A stretch of 64,000 bases of DNA, taken from contig LSRY02000029.1 in the NCBI GenBank assembly GCA_001643675.2, positions 806,001 through 870,000 on the forward strand. Reading direction: 5' to 3'. The notes beneath the pieces were generated by a model. That model made no database searches. It saw only the letters and a list, made by a program, of their open reading frames with translations, and was not told the DNA's origin. Every line of letters starts with the position of its first letter. Within the stretch, counting starts at the first letter, position 1. Source of the DNA: Monocercomonoides exilis PA203 (Eukaryota > Protista > Preaxostyla). Positions 1 to 12,635 of the stretch are shown here, one piece after another. The position numbers were made by a program, and so were the translations under genes.

Positions 1-246
1 GAAAAGAAAAGAAAAAAGAAAGAGCGTAGTGGTTAATAAAAAAGGAGAATGAAAAAGAAAGGGTGAAAGAAAGAAAGAAGAAGAAAGTTAAAGTTGAAGA
101 GAAAGAGAAAGAGAAAGAAGAAAAGAAGAAGAAGATGATGATTGGGAAAGTTATTGTGATGATGAGAAAAGAAATTGAAAAAGAAAGAAAGAAAAGAGAA
201 AATAAGAAAAAGAAAAAGAAGGATAGATGGGGAAGATGGGGAAGAT

Positions 247-253
247 TATAAAA
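247..253 (+). promoter_or_regulatory. TATA-like box (TATAAAA) at -31..-25 of the 5S gene, present in every unit and in the solitary copy
   Basis: TATAAAA sits 25-31 bp upstream of the 5S start, the position of upstream TATA elements of Pol III 5S genes. Confidence 0.7.
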
Positions 254-277
254 GGGAAGTTTGAGGAAGTGTGTGTG

Positions 278-393
278 AGCTACGGCCATAGTTGGTCATA
301 CGCACCGGATCCCTTCAGACCTCCGAAGTTAAGCGGCCAACGCTGGGTTAGTACTTGGATGGGTGACCGCCTGGAAAACCCAGTGCTGTAGCT
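278..393 (+). rRNA. 5S rRNA (copy 1; 4-A variant)
   Basis: AGCTACGGCCATA...GAAGTTAAGC...GGTTAGTACTTGGATGGGTGACCGCCTGG...GTGCTGTAGCT matches the eukaryotic 5S consensus. Helix I (AGCTACGGC/GCTGTAGCT) and helix II (GTTGGTC/GGCCAAC) pair. Followed by T-runs. Confidence 0.97.
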
Positions 394-411
394 TTTCTTC
401 TTTTTCTTTTC
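393..411 (+). terminator. Pol III oligo-T terminator downstream of 5S (repeated in each unit)
   Basis: T4-T5 runs directly after the 5S 3' end. Confidence 0.7.
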
Positions 412-1390
412 CATCTTTTCCATCTTTTTCATCTTTTTCATTATTTTCTCTCTCCTTCTTTATTTTTTGACTTTTTTTTTTTCTATTTCTCATTCAAAGA
501 ACCTCTTCTCTTTTCTTTTCACACCTTCTCTTCTTTTCTTTTCTCTTCACTTATTCATTCCTCTCCTCTTTTTCAATTCAACCTTTTCACTTTTTCCTAT
601 TTCTCTTCACTTTCTATCCTGCCTTCATTATTAATTATTATTTTTTCTTTAATTATTATTCCACACCTTCCCTTCTATTACCCATCTCAAATCAAATTCT
701 TAATGAGAAATATACAAGATGAATGAAAACAAAATGTTAAGAATACAAAATGAGAGAGAGAAAGAAAATGAGGGAGAAAGAGAAAAGAGAGTGCAAATGG
801 ATAGATGAATAAAGTGAATGAATGAATAAAAAAAGGAAAATAAGAAATCATGCAACACACATTGAAATGGAATAGAATTGAAATTACAATGATGTGAAGC
901 GATTTCAAAAGTGAAAGTGAAAGAGAGAAAGATAACAGTTCATGAACGATTGAATGAATGTGGAATTGAATGTTGAATTGAATGGTAGAAAGAATGATGA
1001 ATTATTGATTGAATTGATAAAATGAATAATTGAGTGAATGATTGAAGGAGTGAATGAATGAATGAAATTTGAAAGTGAGAGAGGGGGAGAGAATAGGGGA
1101 ATAAGGGAAGGAAGAAAAGAAAAGAAAAAAGAAAGAGCGTAGTGGTTAATAAAAAAGGAGAATGAAAAAGAAAGGGTGAAAGAAAGAAAGAAGAAGAAAG
1201 TTAAAGTTGAAGAGAAAGAGAAAGAGAAAGAAGAAAAGAAGAAGAAGATGATGATTGGGAAAGTTATTGTGATGATGAGAAAAGAAATTGAAAAAGAAAG
1301 AAAGAAAAGAGAAAATAAGAAAAAGAAAAAGAAGGATAGATGGGGAAGATGGGGAAGATTATAAAAGGGAAGTTTGAGGAAGTGTGTGTG

Positions 1391-1507
1391 AGCTACGGCC
1401 ATAGTTGGTCATACGCACCGGATCCCTTCAGACCTCCGAAGTTAAGCGGCCAACGCTGGGTTAGTACTTGGATGGGTGACCGCCTGGAAAAACCCAGTGC
1501 TGTAGCT
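1391..1507 (+). rRNA. 5S rRNA (copy 2)
   Basis: 117-nt copy of the 5S sequence. Confidence 0.97.
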
Positions 1508-2502
1508 TTTTCTTCTTTTTCTTTTCCATCTTTTCCATCTTTTTCATCTTTTTCATTATTTTCTCTCTCCTTCTTTATTTTTTGACTTTTTTTTTCTATT
1601 TCTCATTCAAAGAACCTCTTCTCTTTTCTTTTCACACCTTCTCTTCTTTTCTTTTCTCTTCACTTATTCATTCCTCTCCTCTTTTCAATTCAACCTTTTC
1701 ACTTTTTCCTATTTCTCTTCACTTTCTATCCTGCCTTCATTATTAATTATTATTTTTTCTTTAATTATTATTCCACACCTTCCCTTCTATTACCCATCTC
1801 AAATCAAATTCTTAATGAGAAATATACAAGATGAATGAAAACAAAATGTTAAGAATACAAAATGAGAGAGAGAAAGAAAATGAGGGAGAAAGAGAAAAGA
1901 GAGTGCAAATGGATAGATGAATAAAGTGAATGAATGAATAAAAAAAGGAAAATAAGAAATCATGCAACACACATTGAAATGGAATAGAATTGAAATTACA
2001 ATGATGTGAAGCGATTTCAAAAGTGAAAGTGAAAGAGAGAAAGATAACAGTTCATGAACGATTGAATGAATGTGGAATTGAATGTTGAATTGAATGGTAG
2101 AAAGAATGATGAATTATTGATTGAATTGATAAAATGAATAATTGAGTGAATGATTGAAGGAGTGAATGAATGAATGAAATTTGAAAGTGAGAGAGGGGGA
2201 GAGAATAGGGGAATAAGGGAAGGAAGAAAAGAAAAGAAAAAAGAAAGAGCGTAGTGGTTAATAAAAAAGGAGAATGAAAAAGAAAGGGTGAAAGAAAGAA
2301 AGAAGAAGAAAGTTAAAGTTGAAGAGAAAGAGAAAGAGAAAGAAGAAAAGAAGAAGAAGATGATGATTGGGAAAGTTATTGTGATGATGAGAAAAGAAAT
2401 TGAAAAAGAAAGAAAGAAAAGAGAAAATAAGAAAAAGAAAAAGAAGGATAGATGGGGAAGATGGGGAAGATTATAAAAGGGAAGTTTGAGGAAGTGTGTG
2501 TG

Positions 2503-2619
2503 AGCTACGGCCATAGTTGGTCATACGCACCGGATCCCTTCAGACCTCCGAAGTTAAGCGGCCAACGCTGGGTTAGTACTTGGATGGGTGACCGCCTGGA
2601 AAAACCCAGTGCTGTAGCT
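2503..2619 (+). rRNA. 5S rRNA (copy 3)
   Basis: Same sequence as copy 2. Confidence 0.97.
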
Positions 2620-3618
2620 TTTCTTCTTTTTCTTTTCCATCTTTTCCATCTTTTTCATCTTTTTCATTATTTTCTCTCTCCTTCTTTATTTTTTGACTTT
2701 TTTTTTTTTTCTATTTCTCATTCAAAGAACCTCTTCTCTTTTCTTTTCACACCTTCTCTTCTTTTTCTTTTCTCTTCACTTATTCATTCCTCTCCTCTTT
2801 TCAATTCAACCTTTTCACTTTTTCCTATTTCTCTTCACTTTCTATCCTGCCTTCATTATTAATTATTATTTTTTCTTTAATTATTATTCCACACCTTCCC
2901 TTCTATTACCCATCTCAAATCAAATTCTTAATGAGAAATATACAAGATGAATGAAAACAAAATGTTAAGAATACAAAATGAGAGAGAGAAAGAAAATGAG
3001 GGAGAAAGAGAAAAGAGAGTGCAAATGGATAGATGAATAAAGTGAATGAATGAATAAAAAAAGGAAAATAAGAAATCATGCAACACACATTGAAATGGAA
3101 TAGAATTGAAATTACAATGATGTGAAGCGATTTCAAAAGTGAAAGTGAAAGAGAGAAAGATAACAGTTCATGAACGATTGAATGAATGTGGAATTGAATG
3201 TTGAATTGAATGGTAGAAAGAATGATGAATTATTGATTGAATTGATAAAATGAATAATTGAGTGAATGATTGAAGGAGTGAATGAATGAATGAAATTTGA
3301 AAGTGAGAGAGGGGGAGAGAATAGGGGAATAAGGGAAGGAAGAAAAGAAAAGAAAAAAGAAAGAGCGTAGTGGTTAATAAAAAAGGAGAATGAAAAAGAA
3401 AGGGTGAAAGAAAGAAAGAAGAAGAAAGTTAAAGTTGAAGAGAAAGAGAAAGAGAAAGAAGAAAAGAAGAAGAAGATGATGATTGGGAAAGTTATTGTGA
3501 TGATGAGAAAAGAAATTGAAAAAGAAAGAAAGAAAAGAGAAAATAAGAAAAAGAAAAAGAAGGATAGATGGGGAAGATGGGGAAGATTATAAAAGGGAAG
3601 TTTGAGGAAGTGTGTGTG

Positions 3619-3735
3619 AGCTACGGCCATAGTTGGTCATACGCACCGGATCCCTTCAGACCTCCGAAGTTAAGCGGCCAACGCTGGGTTAGTACTTGGA
3701 TGGGTGACCGCCTGGAAAAACCCAGTGCTGTAGCT
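3619..3735 (+). rRNA. 5S rRNA (copy 4)
   Basis: Same sequence as copy 2. Confidence 0.97.
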
Positions 3736-4731
3736 TTTCTTCTTTTTCTTTTCCATCTTTTCCATCTTTTTCATCTTTTTCATTATTTTCTCTCTCCTTC
3801 TTTATTTTTTGACTTTTTTTTTTCTATTTCTCATTCAAAGAACCTCTTCTCTTTTCTTTTCACACCTTCTCTTCTTTTCTTTTCTCTTCACTTATTCATT
3901 CCTCTCCTCTTTTCAATTCAACCTTTTCACTTTTTCCTATTTCTCTTCACTTTCTATCCTGCCTTCATTATTAATTATTATTTTTTCTTTAATTATTATT
4001 CCACACCTTCCCTTCTATTACCCATCTCAAATCAAATTCTTAATGAGAAATATACAAGATGAATGAAAACAAAATGTTAAGAATACAAAATGAGAGAGAG
4101 AAAGAAAATGAGGGAGAAAGAGAAAAGAGAGTGCAAATGGATAGATGAATAAAGTGAATGAATGAATAAAAAAAGGAAAATAAGAAATCATGCAACACAC
4201 ATTGAAATGGAATAGAATTGAAATTACAATGATGTGAAGCGATTTCAAAAGTGAAAGTGAAAGAGAGAAAGATAACAGTTCATGAACGATTGAATGAATG
4301 TGGAATTGAATGTTGAATTGAATGGTAGAAAGAATGATGAATTATTGATTGAATTGATAAAATGAATAATTGAGTGAATGATTGAAGGAGTGAATGAATG
4401 AATGAAATTTGAAAGTGAGAGAGGGGGGAGAGAATAGGGGAATAAGGGAAGGAAGAAAAGAAAAGAAAAAAGAAAGAGCGTAGTGGTTAATAAAAAAGGA
4501 GAATGAAAAAGAAAGGGTGAAAGAAAGAAAGAAGAAGAAAGTTAAAGTTGAAGAGAAAGAGAAAGAGAAAGAAGAAAAGAAGAAGAAGATGATGATTGGG
4601 AAAGTTATTGTGATGATGAGAAAAGAAATTGAAAAAGAAAGAAAGAAAAGAGAAAATAAGAAAAAGAAAAAGAAGGATAGATGGGGAAGATGGGGAAGAT
4701 TATAAAAGGGAAGTTTGAGGAAGTGTGTGTG

Positions 4732-4847
4732 AGCTACGGCCATAGTTGGTCATACGCACCGGATCCCTTCAGACCTCCGAAGTTAAGCGGCCAACGCTGG
4801 GTTAGTACTTGGATGGGTGACCGCCTGGAAAACCCAGTGCTGTAGCT
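4732..4847 (+). rRNA. 5S rRNA (copy 5; 4-A variant)
   Basis: As copy 2 with one A fewer in GGAAAAACCC. Confidence 0.97.
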
Positions 4848-5842
4848 TTTTCTTCTTTTTTCTTTTCCATCTTTTCCATCTTTTTCATCTTTTTCATTAT
4901 TTTCTCTCTCCTTCTTTATTTTTTGACTTTTTTTTCTATTTCTCATTCAAAGAACCTCTTCTCTTTTCTTTTCACACCTTCTCTTCTTTTCTTTTCTCTT
5001 CACTTATTCATTCCTCTCCTCTTTTTCAATTCAACCTTTTCACTTTTTCCTATTTCTCTTCACTTTCTATCCTGCCTTCATTATTAATTATTATTTTTTC
5101 TTTAATTATTATTCCACACCTTCCCTTCTATTACCCATCTCAAATCAAATTCTTAATGAGAAATATACAAGATGAATGAAAACAAAATGTTAAGAATACA
5201 AAATGAGAGAGAGAAAGAAAATGAGGGAGAAAGAGAAAAGAGAGTGCAAATGGATAGATGAATAAAGTGAATGAATGAATAAAAAAAGGAAAATAAGAAA
5301 TCATGCAACACACATTGAAATGGAATAGAATTGAAATTACAATGATGTGAAGCGATTTCAAAAGTGAAAGTGAAAGAGAGAAAGATAACAGTTCATGAAC
5401 GATTGAATGAATGTGGAATTGAATGTTGAATTGAATGGTAGAAAGAATGATGAATTATTGATTGAATTGATAAAATGAATAATTGAGTGAATGATTGAAG
5501 GAGTGAATGAATGAATGAAATTTGAAAGTGAGAGAGGGGAGAGAATAGGGGAATAAGGGAAGGAAGAAAAGAAAAGAAAAAAGAAAGAGCGTAGTGGTTA
5601 ATAAAAAAGGAGAATGAAAAAGAAAGGGTGAAAGAAAGAAAGAAGAAGAAAGTTAAAGTTGAAGAGAAAGAGAAAGAGAAAGAAGAAAAGAAGAAGAAGA
5701 TGATGATTGGGAAAGTTATTGTGATGATGAGAAAAGAAATTGAAAAAGAAAGAAAGAAAAGAGAAAATAAGAAAAAGAAAAAGAAGGATAGATGGGGAAG
5801 ATGGGGAAGATTATAAAAGGGAAGTTTGAGGAAGTGTGTGTG

Positions 5843-5959
5843 AGCTACGGCCATAGTTGGTCATACGCACCGGATCCCTTCAGACCTCCGAAGTTAAGCG
5901 GCCAACGCTGGGTTAGTACTTGGATGGGTGACCGCCTGGAAAAACCCAGTGCTGTAGCT
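5843..5959 (+). rRNA. 5S rRNA (copy 6)
   Basis: Same sequence as copy 2. Confidence 0.97.
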
Positions 5960-6954
5960 TTTCTTCTTTTTCTTTTCCATCTTTTCCATCTTTTTCATCT
6001 TTTTCATTATTTTCTCTCTCCTTCTTTATTTTTTGACTTTTTTTTTTTCTATTTCTCATTCAAAGAACCTCTTCTCTTTTCTTTTCACACCTTCTCTTCT
6101 TTTCTTTTCTCTTCACTTATTCATTCCTCTCCTCTTTTCAATTCAACCTTTTCACTTTTTCCTATTTCTCTTCACTTTCTATCCTGCCTTCATTATTAAT
6201 TATTATTTTTCTTTAATTATTATTCCACACCTTCCCTTCTATTACCCATCTCAAATCAAATTCTTAATGAGAAATATACAAGATGAATGAAAACAAAATG
6301 TTAAGAATACAAAATGAGAGAGAGAAAGAAAATGAGGGAGAAAGAGAAAAGAGAGTGCAAATGGATAGATGAATAAAGTGAATGAATGAATAAAAAAAGG
6401 AAAATAAGAAATCATGCAACACACATTGAAATGGAATAGAATTGAAATTACAATGATGTGAAGCGATTTCAAAAGTGAAAGTGAAAGAGAGAAAGATAAC
6501 AGTTCATGAACGATTGAATGAATGTGGAATTGAATGTTGAATTGAATGGTAGAAAGAATGATGAATTATTGATTGAATTGATAAAATGAATAATTGAGTG
6601 AATGATTGAAGGAGTGAATGAATGAATGAAATTTGAAAGTGAGAGAGGGGGAGAGAATAGGGGAATAAGGGAAGGAAGAAAAGAAAAGAAAAAAGAAAGA
6701 GCGTAGTGGTTAATAAAAAAGGAGAATGAAAAAGAAAGGGTGAAAGAAAGAAAGAAGAAGAAAGTTAAAGTTGAAGAGAAAGAGAAAGAGAAAGAAGAAA
6801 AGAAGAAGAAGATGATGATTGGGAAAGTTATTGTGATGATGAGAAAAGAAATTGAAAAAGAAAGAAAGAAAAGAGAAAATAAGAAAAAGAAAAAGAAGGA
6901 TAGATGGGGAAGATGGGGAAGATTATAAAAGGGAAGTTTGAGGAAGTGTGTGTG

Positions 6955-7071
6955 AGCTACGGCCATAGTTGGTCATACGCACCGGATCCCTTCAGACCTC
7001 CGAAGTTAAGCGGCCAACGCTGGGTTAGTACTTGGATGGGTGACCGCCTGGAAAAACCCAGTGCTGTAGCT
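6955..7071 (+). rRNA. 5S rRNA (copy 7)
   Basis: Same sequence as copy 2. Confidence 0.97.
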
Positions 7072-8065
7072 TTTTCTTCTTTTTTCTTTTCCATCTTTTC
7101 CATCTTTTTCATCTTTTTCATTATTTTCTCTCTCCTTCTTTATTTTTGACTTTTTTTTTCTATTTCTCATTCAAAGAACCTCTTCTCTTTTCTTTTCACA
7201 CCTTCTCTTCTTTTCTTTTCTCTTCACTTATTCATTCCTCTCCTCTTTTCAATTCAACCTTTTCACTTTTTCCTATTTCTCTTCACTTTCTATCCTGCCT
7301 TCATTATTAATTATTATTTTTCTTTAATTATTATTCCACACCTTCCCTTCTATTACCCATCTCAAATCAAATTCTTAATGAGAAATATACAAGATGAATG
7401 AAAACAAAATGTTAAGAATACAAAATGAGAGAGAGAAAGAAAATGAGGGAGAAAGAGAAAAGAGAGTGCAAATGGATAGATGAATAAAGTGAATGAATGA
7501 ATAAAAAAAGGAAAATAAGAAATCATGCAACACACATTGAAATGGAATAGAATTGAAATTACAATGATGTGAAGCGATTTCAAAAGTGAAAGTGAAAGAG
7601 AGAAAGATAACAGTTCATGAACGATTGAATGAATGTGGAATTGAATGTTGAATTGAATGGTAGAAAGAATGATGAATTATTGATTGAATTGATAAAATGA
7701 ATAATTGAGTGAATGATTGAAGGAGTGAATGAATGAATGAAATTTGAAAGTGAGAGAGGGGGAGAGAATAGGGGAATAAGGGAAGGAAGAAAAGAAAAGA
7801 AAAAAGAAAGAGCGTAGTGGTTAATAAAAAAGGAGAATGAAAAAGAAAGGGTGAAAGAAAGAAAGAAGAAGAAAGTTAAAGTTGAAGAGAAAGAGAAAGA
7901 GAAAGAAGAAAAGAAGAAGAAGATGATGATTGGGAAAGTTATTGTGATGATGAGAAAAGAAATTGAAAAAGAAAGAAAGAAAAGAGAAAATAAGAAAAAG
8001 AAAAAGAAGGATAGATGGGGAAGATGGGGAAGATTATAAAAGGGAAGTTTGAGGAAGTGTGTGTG

Positions 8066-8182
8066 AGCTACGGCCATAGTTGGTCATACGCACCGGATCC
8101 CTTCAGACCTCCGAAGTTAAGCGGCCAACGCTGGGTTAGTACTTGGATGGGTGACCGCCTGGAAAAACCCAGTGCTGTAGCT
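8066..8182 (+). rRNA. 5S rRNA (copy 8)
   Basis: Same sequence as copy 2. Confidence 0.97.
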
Positions 8183-9180
8183 TTTCTTCTTTTTCTTTTC
8201 CATCTTTTCCATCTTTTTCATCTTTTTCATTATTTTCTCTCTCCTTCTTTATTTTTTGACTTTTTTTTTTTCTATTTCTCATTCAAAGAACCTCTTCTCT
8301 TTTCTTTTCACACCTTCTCTTCTTTTCTTTTCTCTTCACTTATTCATTCCTCTCCTCTTTTTCAATTCAACCTTTTCACTTTTTCCTATTTCTCTTCACT
8401 TTCTATCCTGCCTTCATTATTAATTATTATTTTTTCTTTAATTATTATTCCACACCTTCCCTTCTATTACCCATCTCAAATCAAATTCTTAATGAGAAAT
8501 ATACAAGATGAATGAAAACAAAATGTTAAGAATACAAAATGAGAGAGAGAAAGAAAATGAGGGAGAAAGAGAAAAGAGAGTGCAAATGGATAGATGAATA
8601 AAGTGAATGAATGAATAAAAAAAGGAAAATAAGAAATCATGCAACACACATTGAAATGGAATAGAATTGAAATTACAATGATGTGAAGCGATTTCAAAAG
8701 TGAAAGTGAAAGAGAGAAAGATAACAGTTCATGAACGATTGAATGAATGTGGAATTGAATGTTGAATTGAATGGTAGAAAGAATGATGAATTATTGATTG
8801 AATTGATAAAATGAATAATTGAGTGAATGATTGAAGGAGTGAATGAATGAATGAAATTTGAAAGTGAGAGAGGGGGAGAGAATAGGGGAATAAGGGAAGG
8901 AAGAAAAGAAAAGAAAAAAGAAAAGAGCGTAGTGGTTAATAAAAAAGGAGAATGAAAAAGAAAGGGTGAAAGAAAGAAAGAAGAAGAAAGTTAAAGTTGA
9001 AGAGAAAGAGAAAGAGAAAGAAGAAAAGAAGAAGAAGATGATGATTGGGAAAGTTATTGTGATGATGAGAAAAGAAATTGAAAAAGAAAGAAAGAAAAGA
9101 GAAAATAAGAAAAAGAAAAAGAAGGATAGATGGGGAAGATGGGGAAGATTATAAAAGGGAAGTTTGAGGAAGTGTGTGTG

Positions 9181-9297
9181 AGCTACGGCCATAGTTGGTC
9201 ATACGCACCGGATCCCTTCAGACCTCCGAAGTTAAGCGGCCAACGCTGGGTTAGTACTTGGATGGGTGACCGCCTGGAAAAACCCAGTGCTGTAGCT
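9181..9297 (+). rRNA. 5S rRNA (copy 9)
   Basis: Same sequence as copy 2. Confidence 0.97.
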
Positions 9298-10291
9298 TTT
9301 TCTTCTTTTTCTTTTCCATCTTTTCCATCTTTTTCATCTTTTTCATTATTTTCTCTCTCCTTCTTTATTTTTTGACTTTTTTTTTCTATTTCTCATTCAA
9401 AGAACCTCTTCTCTTTTCTTTTCACACCTTCTCTTCTTTTCTTTTCTCTTCACTTATTCATTCCTCTCCTCTTTTCAATTCAACCTTTTCACTTTTTCCT
9501 ATTTCTCTTCACTTTCTATCCTGCCTTCATTATTAATTATTATTTTTTCTTTAATTATTATTCCACACCTTCCCTTCTATTACCCATCTCAAATCAAATT
9601 CTTAATGAGAAATATACAAGATGAATGAAAACAAAATGTTAAGAATACAAAATGAGAGAGAGAAAGAAAATGAGGGAGAAAGAGAAAAGAGAGTGCAAAT
9701 GGATAGATGAATAAAGTGAATGAATGAATAAAAAAAGGAAAATAAGAAATCATGCAACACACATTGAAATGGAATAGAATTGAAATTACAATGATGTGAA
9801 GCGATTTCAAAAGTGAAAGTGAAAGAGAGAAAGATAACAGTTCATGAACGATTGAATGAATGTGGAATTGAATGTTGAATTGAATGGTAGAAAGAATGAT
9901 GAATTATTGATTGAATTGATAAAATGAATAATTGAGTGAATGATTGAAGGAGTGAATGAATGAATGAAATTTGAAAGTGAGAGAGGGGGAGAGAATAGGG
10001 GAATAAGGGAAGGAAGAAAAGAAAAGAAAAAAGAAAGAGCGTAGTGGTTAATAAAAAGGAGAATGAAAAAGAAAGGGTGAAAGAAAGAAAGAAGAAGAAA
10101 GTTAAAGTTGAAGAGAAAGAGAAAGAGAAAGAAGAAAAGAAGAAGAAGATGATGATTGGGAAAGTTATTGTGATGATGAGAAAAGAAATTGAAAAAGAAA
10201 GAAAGAAAAGAGAAAATAAGAAAAAGAAAAAGAAGGATAGATGGGGAAGATGGGGAAGATTATAAAAGGGAAGTTTGAGGAAGTGTGTGTG

Positions 10292-10408
10292 AGCTACGGC
10301 CATAGTTGGTCATACGCACCGGATCCCTTCAGACCTCCGAAGTTAAGCGGCCAACGCTGGGTTAGTACTTGGATGGGTGACCGCCTGGAAAAACCCAGTG
10401 CTGTAGCT
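10292..10408 (+). rRNA. 5S rRNA (copy 10)
   Basis: Same sequence as copy 2. Confidence 0.97.
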
Positions 10409-11404
10409 TTTTCTTCTTTTTTCTTTTCCATCTTTTCCATCTTTTTCATCTTTTTCATTATTTTCTCTCTCCTTCTTTATTTTTTGACTTTTTTTTTCTA
10501 TTTCTCATTCAAAGAACCTCTTCTCTTTTCTTTTCACACCTTCTCTTCTTTTCTTTTCTCTTCACTTATTCATTCCTCTCCTCTTTTTCAATTCAACCTT
10601 TTCACTTTTTCCTATTTCTCTTCACTTTCTATCCTGCCTTCATTATTAATTATTATTTTTCTTTAATTATTATTCCACACCTTCCCTTCTATTACCCATC
10701 TCAAATCAAATTCTTAATGAGAAATATACAAGATGAATGAAAACAAAATGTTAAGAATACAAAATGAGAGAGAGAAAGAAAATGAGGGAGAAAGAGAAAA
10801 GAGAGTGCAAATGGATAGATGAATAAAGTGAATGAATGAATAAAAAAAGGAAAATAAGAAATCATGCAACACACATTGAAATGGAATAGAATTGAAATTA
10901 CAATGATGTGAAGCGATTTCAAAAGTGAAAGTGAAAGAGAGAAAGATAACAGTTCATGAACGATTGAATGAATGTGGAATTGAATGTTGAATTGAATGGT
11001 AGAAAGAATGATGAATTATTGATTGAATTGATAAAATGAATAATTGAGTGAATGATTGAAGGAGTGAATGAATGAATGAAATTTGAAAGTGAGAGAGGGG
11101 GAGAGAATAGGGGAATAAGGGAAGGAAGAAAAGAAAAGAAAAAAAGAAAGAGCGTAGTGGTTAATAAAAAGGAGAATGAAAAAGAAAGGGTGAAAGAAAG
11201 AAAGAAGAAGAAAGTTAAAGTTGAAGAGAAAGAGAAAGAGAAAGAAGAAAAGAAGAAGAAGATGATGATTGGGAAAGTTATTGTGATGATGAGAAAAGAA
11301 ATTGAAAAAGAAAGAAAGAAAAGAGAAAATAAGAAAAAGAAAAAGAAGGATAGATGGGGAAGATGGGGAAGATTATAAAAGGGAAGTTTGAGGAAGTGTG
11401 TGTG

Positions 11405-11521
11405 AGCTACGGCCATAGTTGGTCATACGCACCGGATCCCTTCAGACCTCCGAAGTTAAGCGGCCAACGCTGGGTTAGTACTTGGATGGGTGACCGCCTG
11501 GAAAAACCCAGTGCTGTAGCT
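11405..11521 (+). rRNA. 5S rRNA (copy 11)
   Basis: Same sequence as copy 2. Confidence 0.97.
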
Positions 11522-12518
11522 TTCTTCTTTTTCTTTTCCATCTTTTCCATCTTTTTCATCTTTTTCATTATTTTCTCTCTCCTTCTTTATTTTTTGACTT
11601 TTTTTTTTTCTATTTCTCATTCAAAGAACCTCTTCTCTTTTCTTTTCACACCTTCTCTTCTTTTCTTTTCTCTTCACTTATTCATTCCTCTCCTCTTTTT
11701 CAATTCAACCTTTTCACTTTTTCCTATTTCTCTTCACTTTCTATCCTGCCTTCATTATTAATTATTATTTTTTCTTTAATTATTATTCCACACCTTCCCT
11801 TCTATTACCCATCTCAAATCAAATTCTTAATGAGAAATATACAAGATGAATGAAAACAAAATGTTAAGAATACAAAATGAGAGAGAGAAAGAAAATGAGG
11901 GAGAAAGAGAAAAGAGAGTGCAAATGGATAGATGAATAAAGTGAATGAATGAATAAAAAAAAGGAAAATAAGAAATCATGCAACACACATTGAAATGGAA
12001 TAGAATTGAAATTACAATGATGTGAAGCGATTTCAAAAGTGAAAGTGAAAGAGAGAAAGATAACAGTTCATGAACGATTGAATGAATGTGGAATTGAATG
12101 TTGAATTGAATGGTAGAAAGAATGATGAATTATTGATTGAATTGATAAAATGAATAATTGAGTGAATGATTGAAGGAGTGAATGAATGAATGAAATTTGA
12201 AAGTGAGAGAGGGGGAGAGAATAGGGGAATAAGGGAAGGAAGAAAAGAAAAGAAAAAAAGAAAGAGCGTAGTGGTTAATAAAAAGGAGAATGAAAAAGAA
12301 AGGGTGAAAGAAAGAAAGAAGAAGAAAGTTAAAGTTGAAGAGAAAGAGAAAGAGAAAGAAGAAAAGAAGAAGAAGATGATGATTGGGAAAGTTATTGTGA
12401 TGATGAGAAAAGAAATTGAAAAAGAAAGAAAGAAAAGAGAAAATAAGAAAAAGAAAAAGAAGGATAGATGGGGAAGATGGGGAAGATTATAAAAGGGAAG
12501 TTTGAGGAAGTGTGTGTG

Positions 12519-12635
12519 AGCTACGGCCATAGTTGGTCATACGCACCGGATCCCTTCAGACCTCCGAAGTTAAGCGGCCAACGCTGGGTTAGTACTTGGA
12601 TGGGTGACCGCCTGGAAAAACCCAGTGCTGTAGCT
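12519..12635 (+). rRNA. 5S rRNA (copy 12)
   Basis: Same sequence as copy 2. Confidence 0.97.

Noticed and set aside
394-1390. SL RNA, snRNA, snoRNA or tRNA linked within the 5S unit
   Set aside because: No convincing Sm-site-plus-stem, C/D pair or cloverleaf was seen by eye, and the spacer is low-complexity. An Infernal scan would be needed to exclude it fully.
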